DNA from: an uncultured bacterium
GTDB lineage: Bacteria > Krumholzibacteriota > Krumholzibacteriia > LZORAL124-64-63
Direction: 5' to 3'
Length of the DNA: 64,000 nucleotides
Assembly (NCBI GenBank): GCA_963732385.1
Contig: CAVSZB010000007.1
Location: forward strand, 64,001 to 128,000
Position 1 is the stretch's first letter, and each line of letters opens with the position of its first letter. A program made the translations under genes and the position numbers. Below are positions 10,287 through 18,811 of this stretch, piece after piece. The notes beneath the pieces are model-generated. The model was not told where the DNA came from, searched no databases, and saw nothing but the letters and a program-made list of their open reading frames with translations.

Positions 10287-11183
10287 ATGCGGACATTGCT
10301 GGCCTTCCTGGAGAACCTGCGACCCCGGCAGTGGACCAAGAACCTCATCCTGTTCGCGGGCGTGATCTTCTCGCAGACGGTCGGTCATCACGAGGCCGTG
10401 CTGCGCGCGCTGGCCGGCTGCCTGATCTTCTGCCTCGCCTCCGGCGCGATCTACGTCCTCAACGATCTGGCGGACGCCGCCCTCGACCGCCAGCACCCGT
10501 ACAAGAAGAGCCGTCCCATCCCGTCGGGCCGGCTGCCGGCCGTCGCCGCCGGGCGGCTGGCTCTGGCGCTGACCGCGGCCTGCCTCGGGGCGGCCTGTCT
10601 GCTGGGACCGACTTTCGCCTTCGCCACGGGGGCCTTCTTCCTGCTGAACATCCTCTACACGCACCTGCTCAAGAAGGTCGCGATTCTCGACGTGACCGGC
10701 ATCGCGCTCAGCTTCGTGATCCGGGCGGTGGCGAGCGTGGAGGTGCTGCGGCCGGTTTCGCCCGGCATCCAGCTGTCGAACTGGCTGATCCTGTGCACCT
10801 TCTTCCTGTCGCTGTTCCTCGGCTTCGCCAAGCGCCGCAGCGAGTTTATGAAGGTGCGGCCGGATTCCGGAGGCACCCGGCCCGCGCTGGCCGATTACAC
10901 CGAGACCTTGCTCAATACCCTCATCGGCATCACCTTCACCCTGACCCTGATGGCGTATTCGCTGTACACGGTCTGGCCGGGGACGGTGGCGCATTTCGGC
11001 ACGAGCCGTCTTGTGTTCACGCTGCCGTTCGTCTTTTTCGGCATGGGACGCTATCTCTTCCTCGTCTACCGCGGTGGGCGGGGGGGGCGGCCGCACGAGA
11101 TCCTGCTCAACGATCCGTCCATCCAGATCGCGGTTCTCGGGTGGGTGGCGGTTGTTTTCCTGCTGATCGATCTGCGCCGCTAG
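10287..11183 (+). CDS. UbiA-family polyprenyl-phosphate phosphoribosyltransferase (Rv3806c/DPPR synthase-like)
   Basis: RPRQWTKN, YVLNDLAD..LDRQHPYKKSRPIPSG, FAKRRSE, multiple TM helices; GGAGG SD. Confidence 0.88.
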   Translation: MRTLLAFLENLRPRQWTKNLILFAGVIFSQTVGHHEAVLRALAGCLIFCLASGAIYVLNDLADAALDRQHPYKKSRPIPSGRLPAVAAGRLALALTAACLGAACLLGPTFAFATGAFFLLNILYTHLLKKVAILDVTGIALSFVIRAVASVEVLRPVSPGIQLSNWLILCTFFLSLFLGFAKRRSEFMKVRPDSGGTRPALADYTETLLNTLIGITFTLTLMAYSLYTVWPGTVAHFGTSRLVFTLPFVFFGMGRYLFLVYRGGRGGRPHEILLNDPSIQIAVLGWVAVVFLLIDLRR

Positions 11184-11205
11184 GCCGCGCGGGAAAGGAC
11201 ACTGC

Positions 11206-12315
11206 ATGGATGCGCGGGTCGCTCTCATCGGCGCCACACCCGAGACCGTGCTCGACGACTACCGGCGGGTCATGGAGCTGGGCGGCTGGCGCGCCCAACT
11301 CTCCCCGGACCGCGATCTCATCCTCAAGCTCAACCTCTCGTGGACCCGGTATTTTCCGGCCTGCAGCTCGCAGCCGTGGCAGGTCGAGGGAGTCGTGCGG
11401 ACGCTGCGCGAGGGGGGTTTCTCCGCTGACCGGCTGATCCCGCTCGAGAACAGGACCGTGGTGACGAATCCCCGTCAGGGGTGCCGCAACAACCTCTGGG
11501 AGCCGGTGCTGAAGGCGTACGGCCTCACCTTCCGCGCGCTGCCGGAGGAGGAGTGGGTGGTCCACCGCTTCCGCGAGCCGCTGCTGAAGCTGAACCACAT
11601 CTTTCCCGAGGGGATCGAGATACCGCGGCTTTACCTCGGACGCGACATCCTCCACCTGCCGACGGTCAAGACGCACGGCCACTCCACCACCACCGGCGCG
11701 GTGAAGAACGCCTTCGGCGGCCTGCTGAAGGAGGTTCGCCACTACGCGCACAAGTACATGCACGAGGTGCTGGTGGACCTGCTCATCATGCAGCGCGAGA
11801 TCCATCCGCATATCTTCGCGGTGATGGACGGCACGGTCTGCGGCGACGGCGCCGGACCGCGCACCATGCGCCCGGTGAACCGGAACATCCTGCTCGCCGG
11901 CGCGGACTCGGTGGCGCTCGACGCGACCGCGGCGCGGCTGATGGGGTTCGACCCGCTGAGCATCCCTTATCTGCGCATGGCGCACGAGCGGGGTCTGGGC
12001 GTGGCCGATCCCCGCCACATCGAGCTGGTGGGGGAGCCGGCGTTGTTCGACCAGAACTTCGGTTTCCACACTGTGCGCAGTCCGGTCATCTGGGGCGACC
12101 AGATGCTGCGGCGCGGACCGCTGCGCTTCCTGGAGCGGGCCCTGCTGCACTCGCCGCTCGTGGTGTGGGCGCCGTTCGCCTCGAACGTCTATCACGACTG
12201 GCTCTGGTATCCGACCGTGGGACGGTCGATCATCCGTCGCCACGCCGGCACGCCGTGGGGGCGCCTGTTCCGCCACTACGCGGAGGCCGGCACGCTCGGC
12301 GGGGGTGTGTCGTGA
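11206..12315 (+). CDS. DUF362 domain protein
   Basis: LKLNLSW, LPTVKTHGHSTTTGAVKNAFG, VMDGTVCGDGAGP, DSVALDATAARLMGFDPLSIPYL. Confidence 0.82.
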   Translation: MDARVALIGATPETVLDDYRRVMELGGWRAQLSPDRDLILKLNLSWTRYFPACSSQPWQVEGVVRTLREGGFSADRLIPLENRTVVTNPRQGCRNNLWEPVLKAYGLTFRALPEEEWVVHRFREPLLKLNHIFPEGIEIPRLYLGRDILHLPTVKTHGHSTTTGAVKNAFGGLLKEVRHYAHKYMHEVLVDLLIMQREIHPHIFAVMDGTVCGDGAGPRTMRPVNRNILLAGADSVALDATAARLMGFDPLSIPYLRMAHERGLGVADPRHIELVGEPALFDQNFGFHTVRSPVIWGDQMLRRGPLRFLERALLHSPLVVWAPFASNVYHDWLWYPTVGRSIIRRHAGTPWGRLFRHYAEAGTLGGGVS

Positions 12316-13238
12316 GCGGGAACGACGCGCAGCGCCCGGCGCGCCGGGTCGTCGTCCGCGCACCGGCCAAGGTGAATCTGCATCTCGAGGTGCTCCGGCA
12401 GCGGCCCGACGGTTACCACGAGATCGAAACGGTCTTCCAGGCGGTCTCCCTGTTCGATACGGTGACGGTGACCCTGCGCGCGACGGGTGACAGCGCCGCG
12501 GCGCAGCGGCTCCGGCTGCGGGTGGATCCGGGCGATGCGGCTCCGGACGGCGTGGACAACATCTGCTGGCAGGCGGTGCAGCTGTTCGGCCACGCCACGG
12601 GACGACACGGCGAGCTGGAGATCGACCTGCACAAGGAGATCCCGGCCGGTGCCGGCCTGGGTGGGGGCAGCGCCGACGCTGCCGCAGTGCTGGTGGCGCT
12701 CAACCGGCTGCACGACACCCGCCTCGACGTGAAGGAACTGGAGCAGCTCGGCGAACAGCTCGGCTCCGATGTACCGTTCTTCATCCGCGGCGGAACGCAG
12801 GTCGGCAGAGGGCGGGGCACCCGGCTGACTCCGGTCACCGGGATCCGGTCCGGGGTGTTCCTGATCGTCAAGCCGCCGCTCAGTATTGAAACCGCAAGAA
12901 TCTATGGGCAGTTGAAAATCGGATTGACAGTGCGTGGGCCCAAATGTAGCCTCCGGCACGTCAAGGCCTTGATCGCTCGGTTCCCAAGTGGTTCCTGGTT
13001 CGGTTTCAACCGATTGGAAGAGGTGGTGTTGCCGGCGCATCCCGTGCTCCAGCGGCTGGTGTTCCGCCTCAGGGAACTGGCCCCGATCGCGATGCTGACC
13101 GGCAGCGGGTCTGCGGTGTTTGGGGTGTTTGACGAACAGACCTGGACGGCGCAAATCCGGGATGAATTCGAGGCCCCGGGCTGGTTCATCCGGGTCGTCG
13201 AACCCCATCCGGCAGGAGTGGAGATCACGGAAGAGTAA
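12312..13238 (+). CDS. ispE: 4-(CDP)-2-C-methyl-D-erythritol kinase
   Basis: APAKVNLHL, DGYHEIETVFQ, KEIPAGAGLGGGSADAA, GSDVPFF, LTGSGSAVF; GTG start overlaps the DUF362 stop (GTGA). Confidence 0.96.
   Translation: MSGNDAQRPARRVVVRAPAKVNLHLEVLRQRPDGYHEIETVFQAVSLFDTVTVTLRATGDSAAAQRLRLRVDPGDAAPDGVDNICWQAVQLFGHATGRHGELEIDLHKEIPAGAGLGGGSADAAAVLVALNRLHDTRLDVKELEQLGEQLGSDVPFFIRGGTQVGRGRGTRLTPVTGIRSGVFLIVKPPLSIETARIYGQLKIGLTVRGPKCSLRHVKALIARFPSGSWFGFNRLEEVVLPAHPVLQRLVFRLRELAPIAMLTGSGSAVFGVFDEQTWTAQIRDEFEAPGWFIRVVEPHPAGVEITEE
12924..12952 (+). promoter_or_regulatory. Putative internal sigma70 promoter within ispE
   Basis: TTGACA-17 nt-TAGCCT, preceded by a locally AT-rich tract. Confidence 0.55.
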
Positions 13239-13298
13239 GCCTCCTGTCGCCCTGGAGACGTCCCCCCGGTCCAAGGCCCACTTCGGAGAGGTGTAAAC

Positions 13299-13634
13299 TT
13301 GGAAATCACGGAAATCCGCATCACCCTGAGGGATGACGACAAACTCCGAGGATTCGCCAGCATCACGCTCGACAACTGCTTTGTCATCCGGGGGCTGAAG
13401 GTCATCGCGGGCGCCAACGGCATTTTCGTGGCGATGCCGAGTCGCAAGCGCAAGGATGGGACCTATCAGGACATTGCCCACCCGATCAATATGCCGACCC
13501 GCCAGTGGATGGAGAGCCAGGTCGTGACGGCCTACAAGCAGGAAATGCAGCGCGTCGAGTCGGGCGAGATCCCGCCGCCGCAGCCGGGAGCGAACTTCGA
13601 CGACGAAAACCCGGCCCTGGAAGAGAGCTATTGA
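13299..13634 (+). CDS. spoVG: SpoVG family nucleic-acid-binding protein
   Basis: MEITEIRI..KLRGFASITLDNCFVIRGLKVI..GIFVAMPSRK..GTYQDIAHPIN; TTG start with GAGGTG SD. Confidence 0.95.
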   Translation: MEITEIRITLRDDDKLRGFASITLDNCFVIRGLKVIAGANGIFVAMPSRKRKDGTYQDIAHPINMPTRQWMESQVVTAYKQEMQRVESGEIPPPQPGANFDDENPALEESY

Positions 13635-13651
13635 CGCGACCCGCGTAAGGC

Positions 13652-13726
13652 TGGGGCGTCGTCAAGTGGTAAGACACGAGGTTTTGGTCCTCGCATTCGG
13701 AGGTTCGAATCCTCCCGCCCCAGCCA
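13652..13726 (+). tRNA. tRNA-Gln (anticodon TTG)
   Basis: Acceptor stem TGGGGCG/CGCCCCA, D arm with TGG, anticodon stem CGAGG/CCTCG around loop TTTTGGT, T loop GGTTCGAATCC, encoded CCA; usual ispE-tRNAGln-prs context. Confidence 0.97.
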
Positions 13727-13760
13727 TTTCAGGCCTGCCCTGGCGCCAGCCGAAAGCGGC

Positions 13761-13790
13761 TTGATCCTCCGGTTACCCATGCGCTATCCT
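13761..13790 (+). promoter_or_regulatory. Possible prs promoter
   Basis: TTGATC-18 nt-TATCCT upstream of the prs SD. Confidence 0.35.
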
Positions 13791-13851
13791 GCGCCGATTC
13801 TCTCCACGCGGGAGGGGACGTCGTGTTGTCGTGCCCGGAGGTGGGGCCGTA

Positions 13852-14790
13852 GTGTACAACGAGCTCGTGATCATCAGCGGCAACGCCCACCGGGAGTTGA
13901 GCGCCCGCATTGCCGAGAATCTCCACGTGAACCTGCTCGACGTCGAGGTCGGCCGTTTCTCCGACGGCGAGATCAGGGTGAAGATCAAGGAGAACATCCG
14001 CGGCACGGACGTCTTCATCATCCAGCCGACGCCGCCGCCCGGTGAGAACATCCTCGAGCTGCTGCTGCTGCTCGACGCCGTGCGGCGCGCCTCCTGCCGC
14101 CGCGTAACCGCGGTGATCCCGTATTTCGGGTACGCGCGACAGGATCGCAAGGACCAGCCGCGGGTGCCGATCGCCGCCCGCGTGATGGCGAACCTCATCA
14201 CCACGGCCGGCGCGCAGCGCGTGCTGACCATCGACCTGCACGCGCCGCAGATCCAGGGCTTCTTCGATATCCCTCTCGATCACCTCTACTCCGCGCCGAT
14301 CCTGCTCAAGCATTTCGCGGACTGGCCGCGTGACAATCTCGCGGTGGTGGCGCCCGATGTCGGCAGCATCAAGATCGCGCGGGCCTTCGCGAAACGGCTG
14401 TCGGCCACCCTGGCGATCGTGGACAAGCGCCGGCCGGCTCCGAACGAGGCCGTGGTGATGAACTTCATCGGTGACGTGCGCGGCAAGGATGTCATCATCT
14501 TCGACGACATGATCGACACCGCCGGCACGGTCGCCGACGCCACCCGGGTGATCATGGAGCAGCAGGGGGCGCTGTCGGTCACCGCCTGCTGCACGCATCC
14601 CCTGTTGTCGGGAAGCGCCCTGGCGCGGATCAACGCCGCGCCGTTGCGGGAGGTCGTGGTGAGCAACACCGTGCCGTTTCACCGGCACGCGGAATGCGCG
14701 AAGATCCGGGTTCTCGACATGTCGCCCCTGCTGGCCGACGCGATCGAGCGCATCCATCTCGAAAAGACGGTCAGCTCGCTGTTCGTGTGA
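13852..14790 (+). CDS. prs: Ribose-phosphate pyrophosphokinase
   Basis: FSDGEIRV, PYFGYARQDRK, DLHAPQIQGFF, VAPDVG, DDMIDTAGT; GTG start after the GGAGGT SD. Confidence 0.98.
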   Translation: MYNELVIISGNAHRELSARIAENLHVNLLDVEVGRFSDGEIRVKIKENIRGTDVFIIQPTPPPGENILELLLLLDAVRRASCRRVTAVIPYFGYARQDRKDQPRVPIAARVMANLITTAGAQRVLTIDLHAPQIQGFFDIPLDHLYSAPILLKHFADWPRDNLAVVAPDVGSIKIARAFAKRLSATLAIVDKRRPAPNEAVVMNFIGDVRGKDVIIFDDMIDTAGTVADATRVIMEQQGALSVTACCTHPLLSGSALARINAAPLREVVVSNTVPFHRHAECAKIRVLDMSPLLADAIERIHLEKTVSSLFV

Positions 14791-14816
14791 CGCCCGGGGC
14801 CCCCTGCAGCCGCGTC

Positions 14817-14845
14817 TTGACAGGGCGGTCTGGCCGTGCTTTATT
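14817..14845 (+). promoter_or_regulatory. Putative rplY promoter
   Basis: TTGACA-17 nt-TTTATT with extended -10 TG. Confidence 0.5.
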
Positions 14846-14921
14846 AAGCGGTCCTTTTGTGCGCAATTACGCTCACCGGTTCGCGCCACGCGCCGGAGGG
14901 CTGTTCGGGAGGCAAACACGC

Positions 14922-15584
14922 ATGGGTCTGATCCAGCTGACCGTCTATAATCGCGAGACCACCGGCAAGAACGCCAATCGTCGCACCCGTTCGCGCGGGC
15001 GCATCCCGGCCGTCGTCTACGGGGCGCGGGATAAGGCGACGAACGTCGAACTGGACCTCGCTGAGTTCAATCGTCTGATCGGCCTGGGCCGGGGCGCGGG
15101 TCATGTGCTTTCGCTTACCGAGTCCGGCTCGAGCAATTCGGTCATGGCGCTGTTGCGCGAGGTGCAGCGGCACCCGGTGCGTGACTTCGTCTACCATGTC
15201 GACCTGTTCAAGATCCCGGCCGACCAGCCGATCAGCGTCCAGGTTCCGCTGGAGGTCACCGGCGATTCGCTGGACATCAAGCGCGGCGATGCCACGCTGA
15301 TGCGCGTGCGCCATGTGGTTTCGGTGCGCTGCCTCCCGTCGGAACTGCCGGAATCGATCACGATTGACATCTCCGGCTACAAGACCGGCCAGAAGGTGCA
15401 CGCCTCCGATCTGAAGGTCGAGGGAGTGGAATTGGACGAGGACCCGGAAGAGGTCCTGCTGCTGCTGCAGTCGACCGCCTCGTTCGCGGCAGCGGAGGCG
15501 CCGGTCGTGGTCGCCGAGCCGGTGGAGGGCGAAGAGGCCGTCGCAGGAGACGAGCCGGGCGCGAAGAAGGACGAGAAGGACTGA
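14922..15584 (+). CDS. rplY: 50S ribosomal protein L25 (long Ctc/TL5 form)
   Basis: RETTGKNANRR..GRIPAVVYG, REVQRHPV..HVDL, CLPSELPESITIDIS, acidic tail; GGAGG SD. Confidence 0.95.
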   Translation: MGLIQLTVYNRETTGKNANRRTRSRGRIPAVVYGARDKATNVELDLAEFNRLIGLGRGAGHVLSLTESGSSNSVMALLREVQRHPVRDFVYHVDLFKIPADQPISVQVPLEVTGDSLDIKRGDATLMRVRHVVSVRCLPSELPESITIDISGYKTGQKVHASDLKVEGVELDEDPEEVLLLLQSTASFAAAEAPVVVAEPVEGEEAVAGDEPGAKKDEKD

Positions 15585-15678
15585 GCCCGGCCCGCTGCGC
15601 GGCGTCCGCCGCCGCGGGGAGTTGATCGACGCGAGGTGGGGCCGCGGCTCCGCCTCGCGCTGCTTTGGGGGCATTGCG

Positions 15679-16362
15679 ATGCAGTTGATCGTGGGGCTTG
15701 GCAATCCGGGCGAGCACTACTCGGCCACCCGCCACAACCTCGGGGCGCGCGCCGTCGAACTGCTGGCGCGCCGCCACGGGCTGACGCTGCGCAACGCGGA
15801 TCCGGCCTATCGTCTGGCGGAAGGGGAACTGCCGGGGGGCCCGGTCGCGCTGCTCGTTCCTCTCACCTGGATGAACCGCAGCGCGGAGGCGCTGGCCCTC
15901 TGGGCCGGGCGCCACGGGATCCGGCTCGGGGTGGCGGACGAGCCGGACGATGCCGGTCGGGACGCGGCGGACGGCTCATCGCTTCTTCTGCCGACCGAAC
16001 GGGCGGCACCGCCGCCGACTGTGGTGCCGCTCGTCGTCTGCGACGACCTCGCCCTGCCGCTGGGGGCGCTGCGCCTGCGTGGGCGGGGCGGGGCGGGCGG
16101 GCACCGCGGGCTCGAGTCGATCATCGCCCTGCTGGGGGGGGAGGCGTTTCCCCGGCTGCGTCTCGGGGTTGCCGGGTCGTCCGGTCCGCCTGAACCGGCC
16201 GGCTGGGCCGACTATGTGCTGGCGCCGTTCGCTCCGGAGGAGGAGCCGGCCGTCGAGGCGCTGATTGTGGATGCGGCCGTCGCCCTGGAGGGGGTCGTGG
16301 CCGGTGGGCTGAAGGCCGCCGCTGCCCGGTTCAATCGCGGCGCGGGCGGGGTTGCCGGATGA
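15679..16362 (+). CDS. pth: Peptidyl-tRNA hydrolase (with an internal insertion)
   Basis: LIVGLGNPG..Y..TRHNLG, PLTWMNRS, VVCDDLALPLG, GGAGGHRGL, RLRLGV, DYVL. Confidence 0.95.
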   Translation: MQLIVGLGNPGEHYSATRHNLGARAVELLARRHGLTLRNADPAYRLAEGELPGGPVALLVPLTWMNRSAEALALWAGRHGIRLGVADEPDDAGRDAADGSSLLLPTERAAPPPTVVPLVVCDDLALPLGALRLRGRGGAGGHRGLESIIALLGGEAFPRLRLGVAGSSGPPEPAGWADYVLAPFAPEEEPAVEALIVDAAVALEGVVAGGLKAAAARFNRGAGGVAG

Positions 16363-16381
16363 GCGGGCCGGCCGCGCCGCC

Positions 16382-16410
16382 TTGCCACGGGGTCGCCTGT
16401 GGCGTATATT
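16382..16410 (+). promoter_or_regulatory. Putative rpsF operon promoter
   Basis: TTGCCA-17 nt-TATATT. Confidence 0.6.
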
Positions 16411-16479
16411 CCCCGGTCCCCGCCGCTTCAGGCGCCGGGGGAACCGACATCGCAAGATAATCTGCGTTGCTCGTTCGCA

Positions 16480-16558
16480 TCCCTGCCCGGGACGACCGTG
16501 GCCGGTGCCCAGCCGCTGCGGGAAAATGGATCCTGGGCCTTTCGTCCGAGGGGGGGTG
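16480..16558 (+). promoter_or_regulatory. Probable S6:S18 ribosomal protein leader RNA
   Basis: UCCCU can pair with the AGGGGG SD; inner hairpin GCCCGG-GACGA-CCG(U)GGC followed by CG. This resembles the S6:S18 autoregulatory element upstream of rpsF. Confidence 0.5.
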
Positions 16559-16564
16559 AACTCC

Positions 16565-16978
16565 GTGCAGAAATATGAGCTTGTTTATGCTTTGCGGACC
16601 GATCGGCCAGATGCCGAGTTGCAGGCGCGCGCCGAGAAGGCGGCCTCCATCATCGTCGAGCACAAGGGCGAGATCACTGAGCGCAGCCATTGGGGCGTGC
16701 GCCGGCTGGCCTTCGAGATCGACCACCAGGCCCAGGGCGACTACATGTTCTTCAAGTTCCGCGCCGAGGGGACGGTCGTGGCCGACCTGGATCGTTTCCT
16801 GCGCCAGGACGATGCGTGCCTGCGGCACATGGTCGTGGTGGACGGCGAGTGGCATGAGCGCAACCGCGCCAATCAGGCCCGCGTCCAGGCGACGCTCGCT
16901 GCGAATGCGGCGCGCGCTCCGCGCCCCGGCGGTGACAAGGAAGAAGCAGATAAGGAAGACAAGGAAGGCGCGGAATAG
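16565..16978 (+). CDS. rpsF: 30S ribosomal protein S6
   Basis: KYELVYALR, WGVRRLAFEI, GDYMFFKF, LRHMVV; GTG start. Confidence 0.96.
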   Translation: MQKYELVYALRTDRPDAELQARAEKAASIIVEHKGEITERSHWGVRRLAFEIDHQAQGDYMFFKFRAEGTVVADLDRFLRQDDACLRHMVVVDGEWHERNRANQARVQATLAANAARAPRPGGDKEEADKEDKEGAE

Positions 16979-17032
16979 GCGGGGCCCGCCGGTCGACCGG
17001 CCGGCGGCGCCCTCAGGGAAAGCGAGGGCTGC

Positions 17033-17302
17033 ATGGCCAGGAAGAGTACCAAGGACAAGGACAGCAAGAAGAAGAAAAAAAAGGTGCCCAAAAAGAAGTT
17101 CTGTTACTTCTGCACTGAGCACCTGGTGGCGGTCGATTATAAGGACGAAGACCTGCTGCGGCGGTTCATGACCGAGCGGGGCAAGATCTCGCCGCGACGT
17201 AACACCGGCACCTGCGCCCTGCACCAGCGCCTGCTGGCGGAGGCTGTCAAGCGGGGGCGGGCGGTTGCGATGCTGCCGTACGTGCGGGAGTACTTTCGCT
17301 AG
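17033..17302 (+). CDS. rpsR: 30S ribosomal protein S18 (zinc-binding C+ type)
   Basis: [35 protein letters not shown]. Confidence 0.98.
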   Translation: MARKSTKDKDSKKKKKKVPKKKFCYFCTEHLVAVDYKDEDLLRRFMTERGKISPRRNTGTCALHQRLLAEAVKRGRAVAMLPYVREYFR

Positions 17303-17322
17303 GGAGCCCCGGGGGACGCGTC

Positions 17323-18288
17323 ATGACACTGCGGGACGCGGGTCCTGAGGCGGCGGCCGCTCTCTTTACGGCCCTTGCCGGTGTGGTCGGCGTCCTCGGG
17401 ACGGTCGCGGCCGGTCCGGTCCTGACCGGCCTGCTGCCGGTTGCGGTGACGGCGGTCTGGGTAGGAGTTTCCCTGATCGCGCCCGGCACGGCGCGCCTGT
17501 TTCTGACGGCGGCGCTCGGGCTTGCCGTGGCGGCGGTTCTCGGTTCTCCGGCCGTCGCCCTGGCCCTCATGGCGTGGGTGGCGGGCGGTCTGGCGGCCGG
17601 CCGCGCCTTGCGGCGAGGCCGGCGTTTCGATGTGGTCCTGGCGCTGGCTGTGTTGCCGGCGGTGTGGCTGACCCTGGCCGCCGGAGGATCAGCCGCCGAG
17701 CTGGCCCTGGACGAATCGGGCCGTCGGACGGCGGCGATGTTCGAACGCTATCTCCCGTCCGACGGGTCGCCGGGCGGACAGGAAAAGGCCCTGGCGGAGG
17801 CGCGGGCAGGGGCGGAGGCGGCGCTGAAGATCATGCGCCGGTTGTGGCCGGCCCTGGTTGCCCTCAGCCTGCTTGGGCATGGGATCGTGGCGGTTTCGGC
17901 AGGACGCTGGCTTGCCTGCCGCGGAGGCCGAGGGGGCGCTGCGCCTGACTGGACCGTGCCTCGGGAATGGCGGCTGCCGTTCTATGTGGTCTGGATCCTG
18001 GTGGCCGGTCTGGCTCTCGTGGCGATCAGCGGCGAGCCGGCCGCCCGCGCCGGAGTGAACCTGATTGTCGTGGCCGCGGCGCTCTGCGCTGTGCAGGGGC
18101 TGGCGGTGATGGCGGGGCTGCTGCACCGCGCGGCGCCGCCCTGGCTGCAGGCGGTGTTGGGCCTGGTGGCTCTGCTGTTGATGGCCCCCCTGCTGGTGCC
18201 GGCCGCGGCCCTGCTGGGGCTGATGGACCAGTGGCTGGACTTCCGTCGCCTGGCCGCGGCCGGCGCCGGACCTGTTCCGCGTCCCTGA
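17323..18288 (+). CDS. DUF2232/YybS family membrane protein
   Basis: Polytopic membrane protein with WRLPFYVVW, VQGLAV and LLGLMDQWLDFRR; usual position between rpsR and rplI. Confidence 0.85.
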   Translation: MTLRDAGPEAAAALFTALAGVVGVLGTVAAGPVLTGLLPVAVTAVWVGVSLIAPGTARLFLTAALGLAVAAVLGSPAVALALMAWVAGGLAAGRALRRGRRFDVVLALAVLPAVWLTLAAGGSAAELALDESGRRTAAMFERYLPSDGSPGGQEKALAEARAGAEAALKIMRRLWPALVALSLLGHGIVAVSAGRWLACRGGRGGAAPDWTVPREWRLPFYVVWILVAGLALVAISGEPAARAGVNLIVVAAALCAVQGLAVMAGLLHRAAPPWLQAVLGLVALLLMAPLLVPAAALLGLMDQWLDFRRLAAAGAGPVPRP

Positions 18289-18334
18289 ACGGCCCGCCCG
18301 GACGGGCTTGGCGGACTTCGAGAGGATGAGTCTG

Positions 18335-18778
18335 ATGGAAGTGATCCTGATCAGGAGTGTGCCGAACGTGGGCAGTGACGGCGAGGTCGTCAACGTGGCC
18401 GCCGGCTACGCCCGCAATTACCTCATCCCGCAGGGGATGGCGGTGCCGGCCGACGGCAGCCACCGCCGCAAGATGGCGGAGGAGACCCGCCTGTCCGGCC
18501 TGCGCGACCGCAAACGCCGCCGCGCGGCGGAAGTTCTCGCCGGGACGTTCCAGGACGTCTCGGTCACGATCGCCATGCAGGCGGGCGAGGACGACAAGCT
18601 GTTCGGTTCCGTGACGAACCGTGACATCGCGGCCGAGCTGGCGAAACAGGGGCGCGAAATCGACCGGCACAGCATCGAGCTGGATGAGCCGCTCAAGCAG
18701 CTCGGTGTCTACTCGGTACCGGTGCGGCTGCACCAGGATGTGCGCGTTTCGGTCAAGGTCTGGGTCGTCAAGGTGTGA
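18335..18778 (+). CDS. rplI: 50S ribosomal protein L9
   Basis: MEVILIRSVPNVG..GEVVNVAAGYARNYLIPQG, KLFGSVT, PLKQLG. Confidence 0.98.
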   Translation: MEVILIRSVPNVGSDGEVVNVAAGYARNYLIPQGMAVPADGSHRRKMAEETRLSGLRDRKRRRAAEVLAGTFQDVSVTIAMQAGEDDKLFGSVTNRDIAAELAKQGREIDRHSIELDEPLKQLGVYSVPVRLHQDVRVSVKVWVVKV

Positions 18779-18811
18779 TCGGCTCCGGCCGGTCCGGCAC
18801 GGGAGCGGCGC

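Noticed and set aside
11080..11087. G homopolymers (here in ubiA; also in pth and DUF2723) as phase-variation tracts
   Set aside because: Runs are only about 8 nt, frames are intact, and such runs are expected at this GC content.
17075..17083. In-frame A AAA AAG slippery heptamer (A8 run) in rpsR
   Set aside because: Explained by the poly-Lys N-terminus; S18 is complete in frame 0 and no stimulatory structure is evident.
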